DNA from: the human T2T-CHM13v2.0 reference genome, Homo sapiens
Assembly (NCBI RefSeq): GCF_009914755.1
Contig: NC_060941.1
Length of the DNA stretch: 64,000 bases
Strand: one strand, 5' to 3'
Made by a program: the position numbers and the translations under genes. A model generated the notes under the pieces. That model was given only the letters and a program-made list of their open reading frames with translations. It was not told the origin of the DNA and did not search any database. Within the stretch, counting starts at the first letter, position 1. Each line of letters starts with the position of its first letter. Positions 19,572-43,340 of this stretch are shown here, in pieces.

Positions 19572-20375
19572 CTGGGAGGAGAACAGAGTGAGTTGGTAGG
19601 AAAGAAACACCCTCTAGCCCATACTGTCAATGCACACACCACTCTACTCTCTTCTGCACTCAGTTTCAGAGGATTTCTGATGGAAAATCAGAGCTGTGTG
19701 CCTGGGTCAAAGAACGAGCATCCAGAAATGGCAACAGAAGCACCTGACAGTACCTTGTGTGTCTGTCAGAGGCGGGCGCAGTCAAGCACCTGTGACATTA
19801 CGGCTGGAGCTGAGGATTGCCAACACTCATTTTCCTGTCTCACGTTTCTGGTGAATCCCACATAGCCAGCGTTCCATTTATTTTTTTTTCAAATAGACTG
19901 TGACATGAGAAGAAAACTGAAATAAAGTGTGCTACTGCAAAGGACTCATGACCCACTAGCCAGCAGATATTTAGAGCTGGGAAAAAAAGTATGTCAACAT
20001 GCAGAACGAGTCTGCACGGGGACACCCATTCTTACTTGTGAAAACGGAACAGCTCATCTTCAGTTCATCTTTCGGCCCTAACGCTCAAGCATGATTAGGT
20101 GAGCTGGTTTAAAGAACCTAGAATCCACATGATGAAGGTGAAGGTGCTGAATTTTCTCACGGGAGTACTGTGCTCATTTCCTATCTGTAGGTTATACTTT
20201 AATGTATGTTCACCTGGATACAGGTTTCTGCCACTTGGCACAAGGGAGTTTGGGTGAGAAAGGATACATGGATCCATTCGGATCATCGTTCCTAGAAATA
20301 CAGTCCCAGAGTGGACAACCTACTGACCAAGAGCCAGGAGTGCCACCTCTGCACATGGATGACATATAACCATAC

Positions 20376-20446
20376 CACGATGATTGCGATGCGGCCTCCA
20401 ACATCTCCAACTACAGTTATCGGTGGCTTCTCTTTGGCCATCATCA
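20376..20446 (-). CDS. PRPSAP1: PRPSAP1 exon 8 ((L)MMAKEKPPITVVGDVGGRIAIIV)
   Basis: GCTAG|TG ... GTG|GTATGG; 71 nt. Confidence 0.97.
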
Positions 20447-20609
20447 CTAGCAAAACAAAACAAATTACAAGATCTCAGTCATTCATGTATCACTAGAGAA
20501 ATGTAATCACAACCTAATTCCCTGGAAATGGTGGCAAAACCACTATACAGACAAAAAACAAACAAACCATGCAAATTCCCCCTCAATGAACCTGCAATCT
20601 CTCAGAAAC

Positions 20610-21348
<739 letters not shown>

Positions 21349-22215
21349 TGGAAAGACAACGAACCAGCAGAGCATGGAAGATTCTGCCAACACGGAGAAG
21401 CTGCACCGCAGTGCTGTGTGGATAGAAACCCCACTCTCACAGAGACTGACAGAGACATGCAGAAGGAATGCCGCTCTGCAGAAAGCGAAACAGCGAAAGG
21501 CTGCCAGATCATGAGATGGCTTTATGTTATTTTCTTCCAAAGTCACCTTATTTGGACAGTGTAACCTTACTATCAGATAACTGCACTACTGACATAATCA
21601 GAGTTTCCTCAAAATCAGGAACTTGAAGACAATAACTCCAGGCCCATCATCTTTTCCTGATTTAATTGGTGCTTAAAGTAGAGACTTTTATCTGACTGCA
21701 AAATCTGCATCTGAAGAAAGGCTATGAGTGTACAAAGGAAACTACAGGATAAAGAAAGGAAATAAGATTTTATCCTCAAAAGGAGGTTAGTAAACAGAGA
21801 AGAAAAACAAAGACTACTTCAGAAGAACAGGCTAAGTATTCTTTCTTTAAACTTTGTTATTATTCTGAAATATTTATTAGGCTAGTAGTGGGGGAAGCGA
21901 AAGAGAATAAAATTCAGGGTAACAAGAGTTTAGTGACTACCAACAAACAATTTTTGCAGATTCCCAACAGGCACTGTGTATCTCAAAGAACAGGTGTTTT
22001 TCTCTGTATACTGGCAAATCAGTTGAGCTGAAATTCACCACTACTTTATACATTTCAACAAACATATATTTCCTGATTTCACATCCTAGAAACAAAGACA
22101 ACTTCTTGAATTTGGGCAAGACAAGAAGGCTTTGCATATAAAATCACTTAAAATGGGGGGAGGGGGGTTTCAAACCACCAACATTAGGAGCAGCTTCCTG
22201 AGATTCTGTTTTTAA

Positions 22216-22449
<234 letters not shown>

Positions 22450-23609
22450 TAGCAGAGGTGGGGTTTCACCACGTTGGCCAGGCCACCTTTGAGAGGCCAA
22501 GGCAGGCGGATCACCTGAGGTCAGGAGTTCAAGACCAGCCTGGCCAACATGGTGAAACTCTGTCTCTACTAAAAATATAAAAATTAGCCAGGCATGGTGG
22601 CACACGCCTGTAATCCTAGCTACTCAGGAGACTGAAACAAGACTTGCTTGAACCCAGGAGGCAAAGGTTGCAGTGAATTGAGATCGCACCACTGCACACC
22701 AGCCTGGGCAACAGAGTGAGACTCCGTCTAAAAAAAAAAAAAAAAAGAAAAAAAAAAAGAAAGATTGCAAGCCAATACCTCTCATCAAATATCAATGGAA
22801 ATTCAGCTCTAGTTTGATGCGGAAAACATCACAGTATATTTGTTTACTTTTTTGCAACCCTACCTCCCACAAAGAACTACTGTTAGTTTCGCATGAAAAA
22901 CCTAGGCTCTGCTAGGAGGGAGGCTAAAAAAGGCTAAAATGAAAGCCTTTCTGCCCAATATACTCATTCCCTGCTGATACTGCCTTTAGGTTCTGAATAA
23001 AAGTGAACACATAATCTGGTGGCTGCCACAAAACAGAGACAGACTTTATTATTACAGGGTAGAAAAAAATGACTAGTACCTCACAGGCCAACAGTTTTTG
23101 AATAGCTTACCCAAAAAATAAAACACTAAAAATTCCAGTTTTCATACAAGGTCAAGAATAGAGTGCTAAAACTACCCTAAGTTTAGATTCTGCTCTCTCT
23201 TTCCATTTTATCAAACAAAATCTAATCCATGAATAAAATGAATTGTGCAACATTACTTGCGGCCAGAAATCACTGTGAAAACTACATCAGCTGCAGTGAA
23301 AATGTTTCCAATTCATCAAACGATTTCCAATGCTCTTATGAAGGATGTAGGAAGTTGTCTTTTGCTTTTAAAGGTAGCCTTTTCCAAGTAAAATAAAGCT
23401 GCACTGACAACCCTCCTTACCTTACGCACGCTTCCATCACAAGTACAAGCACCTGCACACATGTGCACACATTTACTCTTTCCTGGGAGCCAATTAACCA
23501 AACCTTCCTCTGCTAAAGTAAACAGCAAAAAAGAACTATGAGAAAATTCATTCCTTACCCATTTTGACCTTTGTCTATTTCTAGTTCAATGAAATGTCAA
23601 ACCATATCA

Positions 23610-24188
<579 letters not shown>

Positions 24189-24507
24189 TTACATTTAACA
24201 TGCTCAAGAGGTGCCAATGTCTGTTTTCACTTCAGTGGTGAAAACCACATCTTCACTCGTGAAATTAAGAAGCCAGGAAAAGCGAGCCAGAAAAAGTGAC
24301 CTCCTCTCACTTTTGTGATCCAAACTCTTACTTTTCACCCCTGTGGCAAATGTAGTCTTCTTCAGCAGAACCCCCAACATATAATCTTTTCAAGTTTGTT
24401 AGATGCCCTTGCCCATCATCTGTATCAAGTCTACCTATAAGATGGAAAAGATTTAAGGTTTCACTCCTTCATTCATACAACTTCTCTTTTAACAAATTAC
24501 TCTAAAA

Positions 24508-24706
24508 TGAGCTTCTCAGCCTTAGCACTACTGACATTTTGGACTGGGTGATTATCACACTGCAGGATGCTAAGCAGCATCCTGGCCTTTACCTACAAGA
24601 TGCCAGCAGCACCCCAGCTCCCATGGTTGTGACAACCACAAACATCTCCAGACATTGCCAAATATTCACTGTGAGGCAAAACTCACCCATGGGCAAGAAG
24701 TAGTGC
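24508..24706 (+). mobile_element. MER20 hAT element
   Basis: ttctcagccttagcactactgacattttggactggg…agcagcatcctggcc…gttgtgacaaccacaaacatctccagacattgccaaat. Confidence 0.8.
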
Positions 24707-24874
24707 TCTAAAGAATGGGTTTGGCCAGGTGCGGTGGCTCATGCCTGTAATTCCAGCACTTTTAGAGGCCAAGGTGGGTGGATCACGAGGTCAGGAGTTA
24801 GAGACCAGCCTGGCCAAGATGGTGAAACCCCATCTCTACTAAAAATACAAAAAAATTAGCTGGGGGTGGTGTCA

Positions 24875-25078
<204 letters not shown>

Positions 25079-25468
25079 TTATTCTGTCATAACCATTCTA
25101 AGATCTTAATCTTCTTTACCAACCAACGAACCACTGGCACACATTGGATAACTGACACACAGATGTGAGGCATATTTAATTTGGGAGGTGCAATTTATTA
25201 CATATACAAGAAATAATTTTTTCAGAATTTTCTTGGCTAAGCCTATTAAAGAGAGTCACAGAAAGCAATGTGATGATAACTGTGAAAGTTGCAATGTAAA
25301 CATACCACTATGTCTAGAAGTAATGCACTCTTTTCCTATGACACACAAAGATGACTGCCGGGGAAACCATGGTTATGACCGTTAAGCAACAAAGCAACAT
25401 CCTCAGAATAAATAATCTCACCACATAAAATACTCTGATAATACAACATCTATCAAAATAACCTCTGA

Positions 25469-25767
<299 letters not shown>

Positions 25768-25930
25768 TAGGCATGAGCCACCACGCCTGGCCTATTTCTC
25801 GGTCTTTATCCCACAACATACTCAGCTGCTTACAAAAGGACATTAAATCAAGGTAACTCACAGGTAGTGACGTGTGGTAACTGAGCATGTCCACCCTGAG
25901 CCCAAATCTTGGTTTCTAAATACCATTCTC

Positions 25931-26024
25931 AGCTGGTCTGATGCTAATGGGTTATCAATACTTATTAATATTAGTGTCACTAAAAAGTTGGCATACAATC
26001 CAGCACTGCTAAATCTGACCGATT
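25931..26024 (+). pseudogene. Y4 RNA (RNY4) retropseudogene; its 3' end is interrupted by an antisense Alu
   Basis: agctggtctgatgctaatgggttatcaatacttattaatattagtgtcactaaaaagttggcatacaatc…actgctaaatctgac aligns to hY4; A-tail ~26320-26329; TSD TAAATACCATTCTC at 25917-25930 and 26329-26342. Confidence 0.9.
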
Positions 26025-26044
26025 TATTTTATTTTTTTTTCTAG

Positions 26045-26317
<273 letters not shown>

Positions 26318-26808
26318 TTAAAAATAAATAAATACCATTCTCCACTAAAGGTATAAGGGCTCCTTGGAGAAATGGCCAAGTACAGTGCTAAGAAAGCACA
26401 AGATGAACACGGGGCGTGGTTATAGCACAAAAGTAAGGGAGTCTCCAAAAGTGTTGGGGACATGCCAAAAGAACACAGGAGGCAGCTGCAAGGAGCTCTC
26501 TCTGGCCAAATATGAGACAAACTGAGCATTAAAATAAATGTAGGCTGGGCATGGTGGCTCACATCTGTAATCCCAGCACTTTGGGAGGCCAAGGCAGGCG
26601 GATCACTTGAGGTCAGGAGATGGAGACCAGTCTGGCCAACATGGCGAAACCCTGTCTCTACTAAAAAAGCAAAAATTAGCCGGGTGTGGTGGTGCATGCC
26701 TGTAATCCCAGAAACTTGAGAGAACGAGCCACGAGAATCACTTGAAACTGGAAAGCAAAGGTTGCAGTGAGCTGAGATAGTGCCAGTGCACTCCAGCCTG
26801 GGTGAGAC

Positions 26809-26924
26809 AAGAAAGAAAGAAAAGAAAGAAAGAAAGAAAGAAAGAAAAGAAAGGAAGGGAGGAAGGGAGGAAGGGAAGAAGGGAGGGAGGGAGGGAGGAA
26901 GGAAGGAAGAAAAAGGAAGAAAGG
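26809..26924 (+). repeat. 116-nt pure polypurine tract (AAAG/GGAA/GGGA)
   Basis: No pyrimidine between 26809 and 26924; expanded Alu tail. Confidence 0.95.
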
Positions 26925-32677
<5,753 letters not shown>

Positions 32678-33462
32678 TGACGACAATGAATTATAACCCA
32701 CTGAATGAAATAGGCCTATGAATCCATACTGATATAAATGAAGAAATGAATAGGGAAGAAGAGAAAGCTTTCTTGCATTAGAAGGTCAACTAATAAATGT
32801 AGAAGGAATGATAGAGTTAGAAAAATGAACACTGACAACAATCACAGTCAATAATTGATTCAGGCAAGAATCATCAGTAGATGTTCATTTTGATGAGAAG
32901 CAGAATATTTACAGTTAAAACATAGTCTTAACATGAGGTAGTATTAATTACAAAGAGGAAAAAAAAAAGAGTAACTTTACAGTGGAGAAACCTGCCAGAG
33001 AAACCTTAACCAACTTATCAGAATGCACATCACCAGTAATGGGACACATCATGTGTTTCCTGTGATTTTCTGCCAAAAATGCATAACCTGAATCTAATCC
33101 TGAGGACACAAACAAGCCCCAATTAAGGGAGAGTCTACAAAATCACTTGATCGCACTGTTCAAAAGTATCAAGGTCATAAGAAACAAAGAATAAAGCAGC
33201 CATTCCAGATTAAATGAGACTAAAAAGAAATGACAACTAAATGCAATGTGTGACCCTGGGTTAGGTCTTGAACAAGAAAACAAGTTTATTCTTTTGCTCT
33301 AAAGGACACTGCTGGGACCACTGGTGAAACCTGAGTAAGGTCTGTAGATTACAGTGTTACAGCAATGTTAGCTTCCTGAGTCTGATAATGATACTCTGGT
33401 TATATAAGAGTCTTTTGTCTTTACAAATATACACGAAGGTATTTAGGAATGAAGGGACATTA

Positions 33463-33947
<485 letters not shown>

Positions 33948-33994
33948 TCACACCTGTAATCCCAGCACTTTGGGAGGCTGAGGCAGGCGGATCA

Positions 33995-34267
<273 letters not shown>

Positions 34268-35275
34268 TCAACAGCTGTCACCCAGCTTATGATAATGTAA
34301 AAGCTTAAGATTTCACACCATCACACATACAACTTTTTTACTGAAGCTAAAATTATCAAACACCGTCTGAATGCTGAGTGCTACGCAGAACCGTCCATAC
34401 ACAGTCTACAAATGTGTATAACACAACTTCCTTTTACAAAAGAGGAAATCGGGCCTGGCATGGGGCTCATGTCTGTAATCTTATGTAATCTCGGCATTTT
34501 GGGAGACCATGACAGGAGGATTGTTTGAGCAAAGAAGTTCAAAACCAGCCTGGGCAATGCAGGGAGCCCCGTCTCCATACAAAAAGAAAAAAAAAGGAAC
34601 AGAAAACTATCCAGGCATGGTAGTGTACCCCTACAGTCCCAGCTACCCAGGAGGCGGAGGTGGGAGAATCACTTGCGCCCCGGTCAAGGCTGCAGTGAGC
34701 CATGACTGTGCCACTGTACAGAGCAACAGGGGGAGATCCTTTCTCAAAAAAAAAAAAAAAAAGGCGGAGGATAGCAAATACCATTCCATTATTAAAAAAC
34801 AACAAGACAGCATATATCTACATAGTCGATAACTCCTAGCCATTCATACTACTTAAAACTTTCTTCAGGGCCAGGTGCAGTGGCTCATGCCTGTAATCCC
34901 AGCACTCTGGGAGGCTGAGGCGAGCAGATCACCAGGTCTGGAGCAGATCACGAGGTCTGGAGTTTGAGACCAGCCTGGCCAACATGGTGAAACCCTGTCT
35001 CTACTAAAAATACAAAAATTAGCTGGGCGTGGTGGCACACACCTGTAATCTTTGCCACTCACGAGGCTGAGGCAGGAGAATTGCTTGAACCCAGGAGGCA
35101 GAGGTTGCAGTCAGCCAAGATCACGCCACTGCACTCTAGCCTGGGTGACAGAGTGAGACTCCATCTCAAAAACAAAACAAAACAAAACAAAACAACAACA
35201 ACAAAAACAACAAAACCAACAAAAAAAAACTTTCTTCAATTTACAAATAAAATAAAAACACAGAGCTCATCTTAC

Positions 35276-35421
35276 ATGGCAACTCCAGGCCTGGGTGCAC
35301 AGTAGCATTTTTGACCATAGGCGGGGAGTGACGACCATCGTCCATGTCCAGTTCCGTGCACTGAGCTTCCCCGTGAATGACGGCCAAACCCAGACGCAGT
35401 CTCTCCGCATAGGACTGGGCC
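35276..35421 (-). CDS. PRPSAP1: PRPSAP1 exon 7 ([20 protein letters not shown]...HPGLELP)
   Basis: TTCTAG|G ... CCAT|GTAAGA; 146 nt. Confidence 0.97.
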
Positions 35422-36098
35422 CTAGAAGGACAAAGGGAAATGGTGAAACTGACAGGAAGAAATCCCACGCATCACTACGGCATCATTTTTTAACCATAAA
35501 ATGAAAATATTTAACGTTTCAGGGACATACAAAGGCATTATTTATATAAATGAGAATGTGAGGCCCAGGCCAGCATGTAAATGACTCAAAGGGCACGTGA
35601 GTTAGGGTTTGGGATTGTATCTGATTCTAGACATTTTTTTTTTTTTTTGAGACAAGGTCTCACTGTCACCCAGGCTGGAGTGCAGTGGCGTCAACATGGC
35701 TCACTGCAGCCTCAACCTCCTGAGGCTCAGGTGATCCTCCCACCTCAACCTCCTGAGTAGCGGGGACCACAGGCATGTGTTGCCACAACTGGCTATTTTT
35801 TGTATTTTGTAGAGACGGGGTCTATGTTGCCCAGGCTGGTCTTGAACCCCTGGGCTCAAGCGATCTCCCGCTTTGGCCTCCCAAAGTGCTGGAATTACAG
35901 GCGTGAGCCACCCCGCCTGGCCCTGATTCTAGATAATTTTGATTCTATCCTTTGTCCAATATTCTGATAGTCATCTTCAGAAGAAAGAACAACGTTAAAA
36001 ACCATTGCCTGGGCCGGGCACAGTGGCTTACGCCTGTAAACCCAGCACTTTGGGAGACCAAGGCAGACAGATCACTTGAGGTCAGGAGTTCAAGACTA

Positions 36099-36413
<315 letters not shown>

Positions 36414-36601
36414 TCATGTGTGCTGTCTGGAGGCTGGAGATAAAGCTGTGTGTGGCATGGGACATGACAACGATGGAGGGGTTAACATGAGAGCCAGTGG
36501 GCTTTCAAAGGCCACGAGTGACAGCCTCTGGATTCCAAAGCAGCTCATTCTGACTTCGGGAGCACTCAGGAGGGATCAGGACCCATGTCTAGCTTACTTA
36601 C

Positions 36602-36657
36602 CTCTTTGCAGCATCAGGAGACTTAGCTACAATGACTGCATTTCTGTAATTTGGAAT
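36602..36657 (-). CDS. PRPSAP1: PRPSAP1 exon 6 (IPNYRNAVIVAKSPDAAK(R))
   Basis: TCTAG|ATT ... GAG|GTAAGT; 56 nt. Confidence 0.97.
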
Positions 36658-37109
36658 CTAGATTTGAAGGAAAAATAGAAAATACTGAAAAGTTATCAGA
36701 AAATAACACCTGGATGCTGGTATTCAAGTTTTCCCTCTTATAATGATCCAAACTAGTCATCAAATATGCTAGAATTTTAGTCACAAGTTTTAGATTTTTC
36801 AATATTTATCAATTAACATCACTGGAAAAAGCACTCCTACGTCAAGAATTTTTTAAAAATAATTCTTAAAACATTCATTTTAGAAAACATAAGCAAATTG
36901 CTAAAGATACGTAGAAAAAAAATCTGTTTTTAGTGTCTTTTAAAGCTATGATCGTCCACGACTAAAGCTGACCCTGTCTGCTGCCTCAGGCATTGTGACT
37001 TAAGGGAGAGCTCATTTGATGTGCCTTCCAATATCGAAATCTGATACCAGAGAAAAACTAAATAAGATCTCTTTTGAGGACAATGGGGTGTTTGCTGGTG
37101 GTTCCTCAC

Positions 37110-37225
37110 TTCTTCCTGGATATACTGAAGCAGGAAAGGTGAGGCTCTAAGGTTGTCCACAGGAAAGCTGAAAAAGCCTTGTATTTCCTTTTGATGAAGA
37201 TCCATAGTGATAATGTGAGTTAAAC
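37110..37225 (-). CDS. PRPSAP1: PRPSAP1 exon 5 ([18 protein letters not shown]...YIQEE)
   Basis: TTCAG|GT ... GAA|GTGAGG; 116 nt; DLH..IQGFF PRPS signature. Confidence 0.97.
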
Positions 37226-37906
37226 CTGAAATTTTAAAACAAAAAATTACAAAGTTCACCCCTACAGGTAAATGGCTACAGTGGACCTAAACTAGATGCT
37301 CAACTCCTGCTTCCTACCAGCAGACTGAAGACGGGGTACTGTGATTAAGCACTGCAGTCACAGGCTTGATTGTTAACCTTAATAAAGCCTTAATGTAGAG
37401 AAGGCTACAACCTTCCACATGGACAAAGAACTAAAGCTAAGAAAGTGGGAATTATTGACTTTTGGCTTGGTCCAGAAAATTGAGAAAAGAATAATGTGGC
37501 AGAAGCAAAAATATGAATATGGAATTAATACCGAAGAGATGGAAAAAACAGTAAGGCCTTGATTACAGAATCTTAAAAGAAAGGATAAAGAACTGTAGCG
37601 AAGGCAAAAAGTAGCAAGAACACAAACGCAAAGTAATATACATATTAGAAGAAAAGAAACTCATATAACACAAAGATATTGAAGCTTAGAATAATTTCTG
37701 TATGTAACAAAGAATGTTTCAAGTATTCTTATAGAAAAACAATGAAGAGATACTCTTATAATCAAGAGTACTGAAGAGGAAAAGGTACATATATATAAAC
37801 ACATTGCAAATGGTCAAAGGTCACAGCAAAACTTCCAGGGTGTAGAACCAGTATTACTTGTTCTTTCCAGAAACACTATAGTTTTTTGGAGAGGATGAAA
37901 TTCACA

Positions 37907-38253
37907 TACAGTTGACCATCTGGATCTATGGGTTCCACGTGTGGATTCAACGAAACACAGACTGAAAAGGTAGTTAGGCCTACAATGGTTGTGTCTGTAC
38001 TGAGCAGGTATGAAACTTTTTTCTCATCATTATTCCCTAAACAAGACAGCATAACAACAATTTATATAGTGTTTATATGGTATTAGGTATTTATAAATAA
38101 TCTACAGATGACTGTGTTGGTTATATGCAAATACTATGGCATTTTATATGGAAGACTTGAGTATCTTTGGGTTTTTGTATCTGCTGAGGAGCCGGGGAAG
38201 CGGGAGATGGGTTCCTGGAACCAATCCTATAAGGACATTGAGGGAGGACCATA
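37907..38253 (+). mobile_element. MER2/MER2B element
   Basis: tacagttgacc…gtggattcaac…ttggttatatgcaaatactatggcattttatat…cctggaaccaatcc. Confidence 0.7.
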
Positions 38254-38821
38254 CATTTCTTTCCGAGGACCCAAATATACGTTAAAGTTTTAGAACAGAC
38301 ATCAGATGAATAGAAACCCAATTGTAAAATATTACATTGATTTACAGGCCAGAAAGCGTGCCCCCGCCACACAAGGAGAATAAAGCAATGAAAATGAGCC
38401 ACTATGTAGAAAGGCAAGGGTGGGGGAGAGGGAGTAAAAGAAAATCCAGCTTGAATACTATGAACAAAAATGGAATTTAGCTAACAAAGCAGATATAGAA
38501 ATCTAGACCTGAAGATCAAAAGATCACATAAGAATGCCAAGACTGCCAGCTAAGAATTTAGCGATGACAAGATGAAATAGAAAATATGTGACAGATGACA
38601 GAGAAGAGAAGACACTAAAGCAATGGTATTCTAAAGTAGGACAAAGCGAATAAGGGAAAAAAAAGAATTTCTAACCGAGCTCACATATCCTTAGCCAAAA
38701 CTGTTCAAAAGGAAACAAACACTCAGATCCCAGATTGGATATCTGAGGTATGAGCTAAGTCCAACTAGGAAAGAGCCCTAAAGGATCATGCTGGAACCCC
38801 AGGGCCCCCGCGCACACTCAC

Positions 38822-38994
38822 CTGCTTTCGCCAGCATGGATGCTAGCAGCTTGCACACAATGGAACCCCTCTTCCTCATCTTGCTCTGCTTGCTGTAGGG
38901 GAAGTAGGGGATGACCCCAATAATGTTCCTGGCACAGGCAGTCTTCAGTGCGTAAGCCATGATGAGCAACTCCATCACAGCTGTATTCACATCT
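38822..38994 (-). CDS. PRPSAP1: PRPSAP1 exon 4 ([17 protein letters not shown]...SMLAKA)
   Basis: TTTCAG|A ... CAG|GTGAGT; 173 nt. Confidence 0.97.
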
Positions 38995-39681
38995 CTGAAA
39001 CAGTCAAAGTTTGTATTTGGGGATTAATTCCATGTATCAACCCTAGAAAAGATCTTGACTTTATCAACTTAACATGGGCTGCCCAGATGGGTGTTGTGGG
39101 AATTTTACCATCACACTAGCTTACAATGGCACCTCATGAAGGCAGGGGAAGCTTTCTGACTTTTTGTAGCTGAGTAAGCCCTAGCTTTCATCTGAGGTTA
39201 CTCCTATTCACAGCACAGTTAACCCACCCTCACATTTGCCTGGGTCTCCTGTGTCATACCCCGTTACTGCAGTGACATCTGAAGCAACTGCTGGTGACCA
39301 GAGTTACCCAACACCTGCTGGCAGCCTCCCAGGGATTTGGGCTTAGGCCAGCTTGAATGCCAAGGGAAACCCAACTGCCCTTCCATTTAGCTGCCATTAA
39401 CAGAAAGATTTGGTCTCTTTCCATTGAGTGTGGGGAGGTCTTGGAATATAATTTTTTTTTTTTTTTTTTGAGACGGAGTCTCGCTGTCGCCCAGGTTGGA
39501 GTGCAGTGGCGCGATCTCAGCTCACTGCAGGCTCCGCCCCCCGAGGTTCACGCCATTCTCCTGCCTCAGCCTCCCGAGTAGCTGGGACTACAGGCGCCCG
39601 CCACCTCGCCCGGCTAATTTTTTGTATTTTTAGTAGAGACGGGGTTTCACCATGTTAGCCAGGATGGTCTTCATCTCCTGA

Positions 39682-40352
<671 letters not shown>

Positions 40353-40398
40353 TTATAAATTTGGATTGCTAGCTTTTGCCAAGGATAATCAAACCTAA

Positions 40399-40638
<240 letters not shown>

Positions 40639-41907
40639 TGAGAGCCTTGAAATCCTTCCAGGACCTCTCTCAGTATTCACTTCTCACATTAGCTTCCTCC
40701 TGCTCTTCCTGGACTATCCACGCATCCTCAAACATCCCCGTCTTGGGGTGGGGGTGGGGGTCAGGACTGTATCTCCCTTCCCTTCCCCACGTCATCAGTT
40801 CCTACCCATGGCAGCAGGTTCTTCAGGTACCAGTTCTTGAACAATTATCAGCTCTACACTGACACGTAGGTGATGCTGCCCTCATTACAGCAAAGCAGAA
40901 AGCCTGCCATACACACAGCAGAGTTAGCGTTTGCTGAATAGGTGGCTGAATGAAATACTCAGCAAGAGATGCTTTCTAGCTTGAAGGGTAATCGAGCCAT
41001 TTCCTTCCAGTCTCTTCCAATTTATGTTTACACTTCTCTCTAAGGCAGAGTGCATTTGGGAGTGAGCGATTTCAAAGACATCCTTTTATTCTGACAATGT
41101 TTTCCACTTCCAGGTTCAACTCCTGGAACTTCCAATTTCACCCTCGTAATTTGGATTTTTCTTAACTATTGCAAGCATTCTATGATTAAAAAAAACAAAA
41201 ACAAAAACAAAAAATGTCTCCCTGAGGAGACTGATGCAGGGCTCAACTTCAAGACAACTAAGACATTCCTTTTAGACTGCTAATCCATTCCATTGTTTTC
41301 CAGTTACCTTTTATTTTTTCTCTCAATAAATTGGAGCATTTTTCTCCTTCAGACTTCCAAATTAATAATGCCAAGTCTGGCATCAAAAGGTCAGATAATC
41401 TTTGGTAGAATCAAAGCAATTATCAAACACTTTCAAGAAAGTTGGGAATTCATAATAGTCAATTTTAGTTCATCATCCATGCAACACATATTTAGGGGGC
41501 AACTTGAGGCAAGCACTGTGGTAGGTAAACAAGGCAAACCACCTCTAGAGAAAGCCAAAGGCCATCTGGGACCACTCTCGAGGTACTCATTCTTCCCAAG
41601 AAGGAGCACATCTGACTCATGGAAGAATGTGTGGTCCCCTTCCCAGAGACTCTTTTGTTTAAAAGATTTTTTTTCTTTTCTTTTCTGTTTTGTAAGAGGC
41701 AGGGTCTCACTATGTTGCCATGGCTGGTCTTGAACTCCTGGGTTCATGCAATCTTCCCATCTCAGCCTCCCAAAGTGCTGGGATTACAGGCATGAGCCAC
41801 CACACCCAGGCTGGCTGTGGCTTCATAAACCAGAACCCAATATCCACAATATGTTTGGAGTCAGTTAATTTAGTAGCTTCTGTAAGCGTTATCTGTTCAA
41901 GTAGTGA

Positions 41908-42144
<237 letters not shown>

Positions 42145-42810
42145 TGACCTCAGGTGATCCACCCGCCTCGGCCTCCCAAAGTGTGTTGGGATTACAGGTG
42201 TGAGCCACCACACCCAGGCTCAAGTAGTGGGTTTTTAGCTGGCTTTGTCATAGACAATACACAAGTGGACCAAGTGCAGTAGTTTATGCTTGTAATCCCA
42301 GCACTTTGAGAGGCCAAGGCAGGAGTATTGCTTGAAGCCAGGAGTTTGATACCAGCCTGGGCAACATAGCAAGACCTGGTCTCTAAAAATAAAATAAAAT
42401 TTAAAAATCAGCCAGGCACGGTGGTGCTCACCTGTAGTCCTAGCTATTCGGGAGGCTGAGGTGGGAGGATCCCTCAAACCCATATAATGAGCTGTGACTG
42501 CACCACTGCACTCCAACCTGGGCAACAGAGTGAGACCCCATCTCTCAAAAAACACACAAAAAAATAAAAACAAAATCAAGTAAAATACACAAGTGTATGA
42601 CACCATGAGTTTTGGAGAACACAGCACAAGGGAGGCCCAGATAATAAAACATTAATGAACAAGATAAACAATTTTTGAGAAGTCTTGATTTCAGGGTAAC
42701 ATTCCTTTCATTAATAAGCAATTTCTGGGCCGGACGCGGTGGCTCACGCCAGTAATCCGAGAGGCCAAGACAGGTGGATCACCTGAGGTCAGGAGTTAGA
42801 GACCAGCCTA

Positions 42811-43340
<530 letters not shown>

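Noticed and set aside
21349-21520. CpG-retaining unique stretch with a minus-strand pyrimidine tract and CTGCAG, considered as an exon or scaRNA
   Set aside because: No convincing donor and no recognisable H/ACA or C/D box arrangement.
34922-34959. 19-bp tandem duplication GAGCAGATCAC(C/G)AGGTCTG inside an Alu
   Set aside because: Ordinary slippage duplication with no functional signal.
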